Origin: Desulfobia sp.
Lineage (GTDB): Bacteria; Desulfobacterota; Desulfobulbia; Desulfobulbales; SURF-16
Length of the DNA stretch: 33,943 bases
Direction of reading: 5' to 3'
NCBI GenBank assembly: GCA_041641775.1
Contig: JBEPXR010000006.1
Span: 1-33,943 of the forward strand
Position 1 is the stretch's first letter. Each line of letters starts with the position of its first letter. Position numbers and translations under genes: made by a program. The notes under the pieces were generated by a model. The model saw only the letters and a program-made list of their open reading frames with translations. It was not told where the DNA came from and searched no databases. Shown here in pieces: positions 26,775 through 33,943 of the stretch.

Positions 26775-28058
26775 CTATCCTTTATCCTCATCGAGTTCGA
26801 ACATTCTGCGAACATGATTGAGCCGCCGGCGCCTCTCCTCATTCGGGACATTCTCTTTAAGATACATTATGGGATTATGCAGAATCTTATTCATTATACT
26901 GGAGGCCATTTTTTCTATTGATTTCAACTTCTTTTTTCCTAGTTCCGATTCGAGACCCTCCAAAGTCCTGCTCAATTCCTGATTAACAATCTCACCCGCC
27001 TTCCGGCGAAGAGCCGTAATGGTGGGGGCAAGCTCCATTTCCTCGAGCCAGTGGAGGAATTTGATCATTTCCTCCCTCACTAGTCTCTCTGCCTTATTGG
27101 CCTCCTGCTGCCTTTCCGATTTATTGATTTCCACGACATGATTCAGATCATCGACATCATAAAGGAAGACATTATCCAATTCATTTATCTGCGGATCCAA
27201 ATCACGGGGTACGGCGATATCGATCATGAAAAGAGGCCGGTTGCGGCGGTTACGCATGATGGCTTTCATATCTTTTTTATAAAGCAAAAAACCACTGGCT
27301 CCGGTTGAGCTTATCATAATATCGACTTCTTCAAGCTGGATGTTGACCTCTTCCAGCGAAACCGCCCTCCCTTTAAACCTTTTTGCCAGATTGACAGCGC
27401 GCTCCAGAGTCCGATTAGCCACTACCACTTCTGCAATTCCCTGGTTGGCGAGATGTTCAGCCGCCAATTCGGCCATTTCTCCCGCCCCAACCAGAAGAAC
27501 CTTTTTCCCGGTCAGGTCGCCGAAAATCTTTTTCCCCAGTTCTACAGCTGCATAGCTTATGGAAACCGCGCTGCCGCCTATACTGGTTTCTGTCCTGACC
27601 AGTTTGGCCACAGAAAAGGCCTTATGAAAAAGGCGATTCAGAATCACACCGGTGGAATTGCGCTCGGTGGAATTCTTGTAAGCCTCCTTCAACTGCCCCA
27701 GAATCTGTGGTTCTCCCACCACCATGGAATCAAGACTGGCGGCCACCCTGAAAAGATGAACGACGGCCTCCTTGCCCCGGTAAACATAGATATACTGCTT
27801 GGCTTTCTCCTCCGTAACTCCGGTGGCAGCAAAAAGGAATCGGTTAATCGAATCGACTGTCTTCTCCGGCTCAGGGCTGGTGAAGATCACCTCGACCCGG
27901 TTGCAGGTAGAAAGAAAGCAGAATTCCTCGCATCCTTCACTCTCACTCAGGCCGTGATAAGCGGTGTCGGGGTCGCCGGAAAAAGCCAGCTGTTCCCTTA
28001 TTTCAACTGGAGCAGTGTGATGGCTTACTCCCAGAATAGTAATGTTATCAACGGACAT
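26775..28058 (-). CDS. hemA: glutamyl-tRNA reductase
   Basis: The start is taken as ATG 28058 (MSVDNITILGVSHHTAPVEIRE). Catalytic Cys motif STCNRVE and NADPH fold VLLVGAGEMAE are present. The track's 20-aa Cys-rich extension is rejected. Confidence 0.93.
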   Translation of the reverse strand: MSVDNITILGVSHHTAPVEIREQLAFSGDPDTAYHGLSESEGCEEFCFLSTCNRVEVIFTSPEPEKTVDSINRFLFAATGVTEEKAKQYIYVYRGKEAVVHLFRVAASLDSMVVGEPQILGQLKEAYKNSTERNSTGVILNRLFHKAFSVAKLVRTETSIGGSAVSISYAAVELGKKIFGDLTGKKVLLVGAGEMAELAAEHLANQGIAEVVVANRTLERAVNLAKRFKGRAVSLEEVNIQLEEVDIMISSTGASGFLLYKKDMKAIMRNRRNRPLFMIDIAVPRDLDPQINELDNVFLYDVDDLNHVVEINKSERQQEANKAERLVREEMIKFLHWLEEMELAPTITALRRKAGEIVNQELSRTLEGLESELGKKKLKSIEKMASSIMNKILHNPIMYLKENVPNEERRRRLNHVRRMFELDEDKG

Positions 28059-28860
28059 AGGAATGAACCCCTGGCAACAGATAGGTGACACCCCACAAGG
28101 TGAACAGCACTGCACCAAAACCGATCACAGCCATTATTGCCGTTCTTCTGCCGCGCCATCCCACCGTGAAACGCTGGTGCAGCAGCCCTGCATAGATGAA
28201 CCAGGTGATTAGAGACCAAGTTTCCTTCGGATCCCAGTGCCAGTATGCTCCCCAAGCCTGCTTGGCCCAGAGGGAGCCGGTGACAATCCCCAGCGTGAGT
28301 AGAGGAAAGCCTATGGTCAGGCAATGCTGATTAAGATAATCAAGTGATTCCAGGGAAGGAAGGCGGGTATAAAAAAATCCAAATCGTTTTGCCTTGAGCT
28401 CGCGCTCCTGGAGGAGGTACATCACCCCGCTACAGAACCCCATAGCCAGAAAGCCGTTGGCCAATATGGCTATTGAGGCGTGGATGGGAAGCCAGTTGCT
28501 CTGGAGAGCGGGCTGCAGCATGGCATTAATTTCCCTGGAAGAGAAGGCGGCAATAATCATGAGAACCATGATAACCCACGTGACGAAGGCCCCGAAATTC
28601 TTCACATTATAACGCCAGCGAAACGAAAGAAAAGCCCAGGTTATGGACCAGGCGAAAAATGATATTGTATCATGATGGGTAGTTAAAGGAGTATGGCCGG
28701 CCGCAATGAAACGGCTGATAAGCACAAGGGTGTGAACGATGCCCGCCGCCAGCAGCAAACGACGGGCCGCTTTTCTCAATTTCTTGTTCTGCCTGACGAA
28801 ATGAACTGTATAAAGAGCAACCGTCACACCATAGATAATAAAAGTCAAAAAAAATAACAT
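28048..28860 (-). CDS. CcsA/HemX-like cytochrome c assembly family membrane protein
   Basis: Polytopic membrane protein with the Trp-rich haem-handling motif WAKQAWGAYWHWDPKETWSLITW. The start is probably ATG 28860 (MLFFLTFIIYG), 4 nt after the sirC-like stop. The alternative start at 28917 would overlap that gene by 53 nt. It overlaps the hemA start by 11 nt. Confidence 0.8.
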   Translation of the reverse strand: MLFFLTFIIYGVTVALYTVHFVRQNKKLRKAARRLLLAAGIVHTLVLISRFIAAGHTPLTTHHDTISFFAWSITWAFLSFRWRYNVKNFGAFVTWVIMVLMIIAAFSSREINAMLQPALQSNWLPIHASIAILANGFLAMGFCSGVMYLLQERELKAKRFGFFYTRLPSLESLDYLNQHCLTIGFPLLTLGIVTGSLWAKQAWGAYWHWDPKETWSLITWFIYAGLLHQRFTVGWRGRRTAIMAVIGFGAVLFTLWGVTYLLPGVHSYVR

Positions 28861-28864
28861 CGTT

Positions 28865-29530
28865 CTATCCGCCGGATTTATCCAGGTCAGCCAAAGAAAT
28901 CCTCTGCCCGAGAACATCCTGTATATGTTTTTCTACCGCCGTCCAATCCCCCTCCCGTATCCAGACCAGGAGATCGGGGTGAATCAACCTTTCGAAAATT
29001 TCTTTATTTCCACAACCATCTTCTTCACCTTCAAGCACCAGAGGTCTCAGATTGCCGAGGAGCTGCAGCAACAGATCGTACTCCTCCCCAAACTGTTCTT
29101 CCATTTGCCGTCTCAAATTTCTCGCCAAAGCGGGGCTTTTTCCGGAAGTGGAAATGGAAACGGTCAGATTGCCCCGGCGCATGGTTGCCGGGAGAATGAA
29201 ATTGCACCAATGGGGTTCATCAGCCACATTGAGCAGAATCCCGGAGGCTTCAGCCTCACGATAGACGGCACTGTGCACAGCCGGGTCATCAGTGGCTGCT
29301 ATGGCCAGGAAAGCCCCCCTCAGATCTCCGGACTGATAGGGGCGCTCCCGCCAGTCAATCTCTCCACTTTTTACCAGCTCAGCCAGATTACTGCATAATT
29401 CAGGACTGACAACACTCACATTGGCGCCGCATGCCAGGAGCTGCCGAACCTTCCTTGAGGCCACGGCTCCTCCGCCGACCACCAGGCAGGATCTGTTATT
29501 GAGATCGAGGCAAATTGGGAAATAGTTCAC
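28865..29530 (-). CDS. sirC: precorrin-2 dehydrogenase / sirohydrochlorin ferrochelatase (SirC/Met8-like, CysG N-terminal type)
   Basis: 221 aa with a GTG start in a GTGA overlap with the upstream MBL gene stop. Rossmann motif CLVVGGGAVASRKV and typical ISTSGKSPALAR motif. Confidence 0.84.
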   Translation of the reverse strand: MNYFPICLDLNNRSCLVVGGGAVASRKVRQLLACGANVSVVSPELCSNLAELVKSGEIDWRERPYQSGDLRGAFLAIAATDDPAVHSAVYREAEASGILLNVADEPHWCNFILPATMRRGNLTVSISTSGKSPALARNLRRQMEEQFGEEYDLLLQLLGNLRPLVLEGEEDGCGNKEIFERLIHPDLLVWIREGDWTAVEKHIQDVLGQRISLADLDKSGG

Positions 29531-30165
29531 CCTCTCTGCTCCAGAATCTCTACTCTAATCTTGCCCTGCAGTCCATTGACAAATTGATCAGCGTCTTTGC
29601 GCTCACCGACAATATCTCCGTAGTGCATGGGTACGGCTATCAGGGGATGTATGTCAAGGGCGGCCTGTACCGCTTCTTCGGCAGTCATAACGTAAGTCCC
29701 GGAAACCGGCAGAAGCGCGATATCCGCTTCAAGATCCTTCATCTCTGGAATACGGTCAGTGTCTCCGGCGTGATAGATTCGGCACCCTCCTATGGTAATG
29801 ATAAAACCCAACCATTTGTTATCTCTGGGATGAAAATTTTTATCAAGATTGTAGGAAGGTACAGCCTCAACGGTCAGACCTTTAACTACAGCCTGCTCCC
29901 CGGGTTCGAGTACTCTGACTCCTGTCGAGATATTGCGGCCGGTGGCGGCATCAGTGACTATGATGGTGTCCTCGTTTACTATTTTGGCTATATCTTCAGC
30001 TGAATAGTGATCAAAATGTTCATGAGTCACGAGAATGACGTCTGCAACGGGATGATCGCCGGACAGTTTAAAGGGATCAATATAAACGGTCTGTCCTTCC
30101 GAGCTGATTCGAAAACTATCATGGCCAAGCCATTCAATACTGTCAAGAATTTTATCAATATCCAT
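29527..30165 (-). CDS. MBL-fold metallo-hydrolase
   Basis: 212 aa from ATG 30165 (SD AGGAG upstream; the track's extension to 30240 is rejected). HxHxDH motif LVTHEHFDHYS, and a later HAGDT/PMHYG. Confidence 0.8.
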   Translation of the reverse strand: MDIDKILDSIEWLGHDSFRISSEGQTVYIDPFKLSGDHPVADVILVTHEHFDHYSAEDIAKIVNEDTIIVTDAATGRNISTGVRVLEPGEQAVVKGLTVEAVPSYNLDKNFHPRDNKWLGFIITIGGCRIYHAGDTDRIPEMKDLEADIALLPVSGTYVMTAEEAVQAALDIHPLIAVPMHYGDIVGERKDADQFVNGLQGKIRVEILEQRG

Positions 30166-30335
30166 TTCAATCTCCTGCTTCACTGAAATTGCAAGATAAA
30201 ATAAGGGCTGGATACATTTGAATTTGACAACAGCTCTCATTCCGCAATAGACTACCTACTATATTGATGAAAAATATTTTTTCAATATCTATCACAGCTT
30301 CAATCAGGCAGGATAAAAAGGAGACTGATCAGCCC

Positions 30336-30731
30336 ATGTATACAAATACCATTACAGTATCGTCCTCGACCCAGATGGAATTACTTGATATCACCACATC
30401 GATCAAGAAAGAAGTGAAAAACTCCTCCATCAATGAAGGGATCTGCCATCTCTACACTCCCCACACCACGGCAGGATTAACAATTAACGAAGGGGCTGAT
30501 CCCGCTGTCAGGACCGACATTGTTGCCGCTTTAAATAAGATGATCCCCTTCAACCTGAATTATCAGCATCTGGAAGGCAACTCACCGGCCCATCTGCTTT
30601 CCTCGTTTTTCGGCTGTTCAGCCACGATATTTCTTGAAAAGAACAGTCTCAAACTAGGAACCTGGCAGAATATCTACTTTTGTGAATTCGACGGTCCCAG
30701 GACAAGGAAAATTCATCTCTGTATCACCTGA
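30336..30731 (+). CDS. yjbQ: YjbQ/UPF0047 family protein (secondary thiamine-phosphate synthase-like)
   Basis: 131 aa from ATG 30336 (SD AAGGAG about 9 nt upstream). Family motif LYTPHTTAGLTINEGADPAVRTD, and C-terminal REIHLCI-like ending. Confidence 0.85.
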   Translation: MYTNTITVSSSTQMELLDITTSIKKEVKNSSINEGICHLYTPHTTAGLTINEGADPAVRTDIVAALNKMIPFNLNYQHLEGNSPAHLLSSFFGCSATIFLEKNSLKLGTWQNIYFCEFDGPRTRKIHLCIT

Positions 30732-31494
30732 CCCCCCTGCGCAGAATCTCAATCTCCCGTTTGCGGATATAGGTCATCAGCTCCTTTTTAGTATGTTCAT
30801 CGCCTGAAAAACGAATACCCAGGTAACAGAGTGACAATTCCTGATGATAAGTCCTGCGCATCACCATGCCCTTTCCGATCTCAAAGGTTCCACCTATATT
30901 CCCCTCTTCCTGTTCCTCACTTTCTGAAGAAGGGACGGTCAAGACAATTTCCTCCAGAATATTCCCCGTCTTTGATATACCCTGGAAACTTTTACCAAGC
31001 AGGAGCATACCACCCGTAGAGACATCCTGAACATGGAAGCGGCAGGAATGTTCCTGATGCAGGAAAGTGGCAGTGCTGCCCGGAGGAAGATCAACCCGGT
31101 AGTGCTCCCGCCGCTGCAGTCTGAACATCTTTCCCGGGAATTGGAAATAAACAGTTTCAGCGGTTGAGGAAAGAACCCGGCAATGGAAATGATGTCTGAT
31201 TCCGTATTGGTCCCGGAAGACTACAACCGTTTTTATTTTGTTACCAGGGAAATCCCTGGGTCTGCCGACACAGAGACGATCCCGAGAAAAGCCCTCCAGA
31301 AAGGTGCCTTCGGACTGATAACCTTCCTGGATAATGGTGAGCAGCCGCCGGGTATGGACTATCTGAGTCAGAATCCTGCCGATGAGTTCCGGCGAGGAAG
31401 TCTCTTCATACCCTCCTTCCTTGACAACCCACCCTTGACCACCAACGGACTGGGCAGGTTTATTTTTGCTTGATTTTTTTTTAAAAAAGGCCAT
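30724..31494 (-). CDS. PilZ-domain (c-di-GMP receptor) protein with YcgR-like N-terminal domain
   Basis: 256 aa. PilZ motifs RREHYR (RxxxR) and DVSTGG (DxSxxG) about 25 aa apart. Its 3' end overlaps the yjbQ 3' end by 8 bp (convergent). Confidence 0.78.
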   Translation of the reverse strand: MAFFKKKSSKNKPAQSVGGQGWVVKEGGYEETSSPELIGRILTQIVHTRRLLTIIQEGYQSEGTFLEGFSRDRLCVGRPRDFPGNKIKTVVVFRDQYGIRHHFHCRVLSSTAETVYFQFPGKMFRLQRREHYRVDLPPGSTATFLHQEHSCRFHVQDVSTGGMLLLGKSFQGISKTGNILEEIVLTVPSSESEEQEEGNIGGTFEIGKGMVMRRTYHQELSLCYLGIRFSGDEHTKKELMTYIRKREIEILRRGVR

Positions 31495-31559
31495 TATTTT
31501 CTCAGCTTACTTTGAAGAGAAGTATATCATGTGGTTCCTGCAGAAATATACCGGCCTCA

Positions 31560-31814
31560 ATGAAAAACAGAAAAAATACAGCTCAGGAGGCCGCCCTTCT
31601 GGCCCCTTCTGAGATAGCCCTTGGTTTCAGCAGAGAAAGAGATGAACTTTCGCTGGCTGCTTTCCTGATGCATTTTTCTTCACCAGCCGCCCTGGATGCC
31701 ATCATTCCCAGATTAACGGATGAAGAGATAAATAAGACATTTGACTTTCTCACCCACCTCATGCGCAAGCACCTTGAAGAAGAGGAATATCACCGCTTAT
31801 TCCTTGATGAATAG
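31560..31814 (+). CDS. hypothetical small cytoplasmic protein
   Basis: 84 aa from ATG 31560 (the track ORF starts at TTG 31512). It looks helical and acidic (DEEINKTFDFLTHLMRKHLEEEEYHRLFLDE). I recognise no family. It ends 75 nt upstream of the UbiD-family gene. Confidence 0.45.
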   Translation: MKNRKNTAQEAALLAPSEIALGFSRERDELSLAAFLMHFSSPAALDAIIPRLTDEEINKTFDFLTHLMRKHLEEEEYHRLFLDE

Positions 31815-31889
31815 GGCCATTGACCGGAAAGTCGGTATTGGGGTCAGAAGTTCTTTTCAGACAGATTAATCTTAACACAATATCCACCA

Positions 31890-33668
31890 ATGCGCCAACA
31901 TGTGATCCGGGATCTCCGGGTCTTTCTCGACATCTTGAGAAAGGAGGGCGATCTCCTGGAAATAGAGACTCCGGTTGACCCCTACCTTGAAATCGCTGAA
32001 ATTCACCGCAGAGTAATTGCACAATCCGGGCCGGCCCTGCTTTTCCGAAACGTCAAGGATAGCGCCTTTCCGGTGGTGACCAATCTTTTCGGCGCCAATC
32101 GCCGGCTCGAAGCGGCCTTTGGCAGCAGACCGCAGAATTTCGTCACTGAAATGGTCAAAATACTTGAAAACGGTCTTCCTCCATTGCGTAAAATCCTGCC
32201 GGACCTGCCCCCCCTCGCTTCACAAGGCCTGAAAATAGGAAAAAAAATCAGCGGAAAAGGACCGATTCTTGACCGGGTCAGCAAGCCGCCCCGCTTAAAC
32301 GATCTTCCCTTACTGACCTCATGGAAGAGCGACGGCGGTCCATTCGTCACCCTGCCACTGATCTATACCGAACATCCAGATGGCAAAGGGCACAACCTTG
32401 GGATGTACCGGATCCAGCGTTACGACAACGCTACCACCGGTATTCACTGGCAAATCCAGAAAGGTGGTGGTTTCCACTACCATGAAGCGGAAAAACGCGA
32501 TGAAAGTTTGCCCGTGACCTTATTTATAGGCGGTCCCCCTGCCCTGATCATGGCCGCCATCGCCCCCCTGCCCGAAAACGTGCCTGAACTCATGCTTGCC
32601 TCCCTTCTTCTGGGCCGCAAATTGCCCATGGTAAGAGATCCAGCCGGTGGCCATGATTTGGTGGCCCACTGTGAATTCGCCGCCAAAGGTTGGGTTCCTC
32701 CCCGGATCAGGAAACCTGAAGGTCCGTTTGGCGACCATTACGGATATAACTCTCTGGCCCATGATTATCCGGTGTTTGAAATAGACCGGCTCTATCACCG
32801 TCGCAACGCCATCTATCCCGCCACAGTGGTCGGACGTCCAAAACAGGAGGATTTCTACATAGGAGATTTTCTGCAGGATCTCCTCTCTCCCTTATTCCCC
32901 CTGGTAATGAGTGGGGTCCGACAGCTCAAGACCTTCGGAGAAGCCGGCTTCCACTGTCTGGCCGCGGCAAAGGTGGCAGACCGCTACCCCAGGGAAGCTT
33001 TTGCCTCCGGACTCAGGATACTGGGAGAAGGGCAACTCTCTCTAACCAAATTTCTTCTGGTTACGGACGGAGATCTCGATGTCAGTAATTTTCGAAAACT
33101 TTGGACGCATCTTATGGAAAGGGTGGACTGGCAGCAGGACCTGTACATATTTGCCAATGTCTCCCAGGACACACTGGATTACACCGGCCCCTCGGTTAAC
33201 AGCGGCTCAAAAGCCCTTTTGATGGGTTTGGGGCGCGAAGTCCGCAACCAGCTACCACACAGTTTTTCCGGCTCACTCCCACAAGGCTGCCGGAGCCCTC
33301 ATGCATTTTTGCCGGGCACCCTTGTAGTGGAAGGCACTTCTTACGATCTTGACCGGGAGCTACCAGGGAGAATGGCTAACAGTGGCGACTTCGAAGACTG
33401 GCAGGTTGTTTTTCTGGTGGACAGCACCGAAGATGCCACGTCCAGTCTCCAGGAATTTATCTGGACGATATTCACCCGTTTTGAGCCTGCCGCCGACATC
33501 TGCAGTGCCCGCCAGACAAACAGCCGGTTCCACATTGGCCTAATCCCTCCCGTGGTCATAGACTGTCGCTTGAAGCCCTGGTATCCCGAGGTGCTTGAAG
33601 TAGACCCTGAAACCAGAAAACTTGTTGACGGCAAAATCGATTCCATTTTACCTCAAAAATTCCGATAA
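31890..33668 (+). CDS. UbiD-family (prenylated-FMN dependent) decarboxylase, long form
   Basis: 592 aa. UbiD-like N-terminus (DLRVFLDILRKEGDLLEIETPVDPYLEIAEI), followed by LGMYRIQ, WQIQKGG and EGPFGDHYGY motifs. Confidence 0.9.
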   Translation: MRQHVIRDLRVFLDILRKEGDLLEIETPVDPYLEIAEIHRRVIAQSGPALLFRNVKDSAFPVVTNLFGANRRLEAAFGSRPQNFVTEMVKILENGLPPLRKILPDLPPLASQGLKIGKKISGKGPILDRVSKPPRLNDLPLLTSWKSDGGPFVTLPLIYTEHPDGKGHNLGMYRIQRYDNATTGIHWQIQKGGGFHYHEAEKRDESLPVTLFIGGPPALIMAAIAPLPENVPELMLASLLLGRKLPMVRDPAGGHDLVAHCEFAAKGWVPPRIRKPEGPFGDHYGYNSLAHDYPVFEIDRLYHRRNAIYPATVVGRPKQEDFYIGDFLQDLLSPLFPLVMSGVRQLKTFGEAGFHCLAAAKVADRYPREAFASGLRILGEGQLSLTKFLLVTDGDLDVSNFRKLWTHLMERVDWQQDLYIFANVSQDTLDYTGPSVNSGSKALLMGLGREVRNQLPHSFSGSLPQGCRSPHAFLPGTLVVEGTSYDLDRELPGRMANSGDFEDWQVVFLVDSTEDATSSLQEFIWTIFTRFEPAADICSARQTNSRFHIGLIPPVVIDCRLKPWYPEVLEVDPETRKLVDGKIDSILPQKFR

Positions 33669-33838
33669 CCGGAATCAGCTGTCAAAAGTGGATAACTTTT
33701 TTTATGATTTTTCTATATCCTCCGATATACTGTATATAGAATTTAGTGGCAAGATCGAACATGGTCGGACAAATCAATCCCCTCCCTTGATCTTCCACTC
33801 CTTGATCCATATATTCAAGCTGAGAAGGGCAAGAAACG

Positions 33839-33943
33839 ATGAAGATAGAAAATCTCAACAGCCAGATCATCAATACCCAGAGTGGTAAGGACGGAAACCA
33901 GAAAGCGGTTTCAGGATCCGATTTCCAGGCGATCCTGAAAAAA
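33839..33943 (+). CDS. hypothetical protein, N-terminal 35 codons (runs off window)
   Basis: ATG at 33839, open to the window end: MKIENLNSQIINTQSGKDGNQKAVSGSDFQAILKK. The polar, low-complexity N-terminus is reminiscent of FlgM/FliK-type flagellar proteins, but that is a guess. Confidence 0.3.
   Translation, partial: MKIENLNSQIINTQSGKDGNQKAVSGSDFQAILKK

Noticed and set aside
33728-33747. TACTGTATAT, which matches half of the E. coli LexA SOS box.
   Set aside because: The second half-site (ACAG at the right spacing) is absent. As far as I recall, deltaproteobacterial LexA boxes also differ from the E. coli consensus.
1-33943. A search for CRISPR repeats, transposase/integrase genes, toxin-antitoxin pairs, restriction or other defence genes, prophage remnants, and tRNA/rRNA genes.
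   Set aside because: I found none. Every ORF of credible size has a housekeeping or common-family assignment. No gap over 150 bp shows regularly spaced direct repeats. A compositional (GC/k-mer) scan that I cannot run would be needed to exclude subtle foreign DNA.

Overview
This window looks like a densely packed chromosomal core region, not an accessory island. GC is mid-range by eye (not computed). The gene content and order resemble a Desulfobacterota (deltaproteobacterial) genome; that assignment is inference only. I support about 39 CDS, in this order:

1. Plus strand: the tail of a periplasmic binding protein, a hybrid sensor kinase/response regulator, and an outer-membrane channel.
2. 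Minus strand: lptA-lptB-rpoN-ptsN-rapZ.
3. Plus strand: an 11-gene arginine/lysine run, argB-argD-argF-argG-argH-lipoprotein-lysA-dapF-dapA-dapB. It is followed by an FAH-family gene, folK, a small TM+TRASH/YHS protein, fsa/tal and pgsA.
4. Minus strand: MBL hydrolase-sirC-hemX/ccsA-like-hemA, then rpmH-rnpA-yidD-yidC-(327 bp gap)-jag.
5. Last: yjbQ, a PilZ-domain protein, a small hypothetical, a long UbiD-family decarboxylase, and a 35-codon partial ORF at the right edge.

rpmH (46 aa) is missing from the ORF track; I translated it by hand. I found no rRNA, tRNA, CRISPR array, transposase, integrase, recognisable defence gene or large repeat, so I cannot claim a convincing novel multi-gene system.

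The items most worth a second look are:
- a 351-aa triple FN3-like lipoprotein in the slot normally held by the tiny lipoprotein LptM, translationally coupled to argH;
- an unexplained 327-bp structured spacer inside the otherwise tight yidC-jag pair;
- a RapZ homologue with a degenerate Walker A loop, in an rpoN module that lacks hpf and ptsO;
- two structured intergenic RNA candidates in the arg cluster.

All long antisense ORFs in the track appear to be codon-registered shadows of the real genes.
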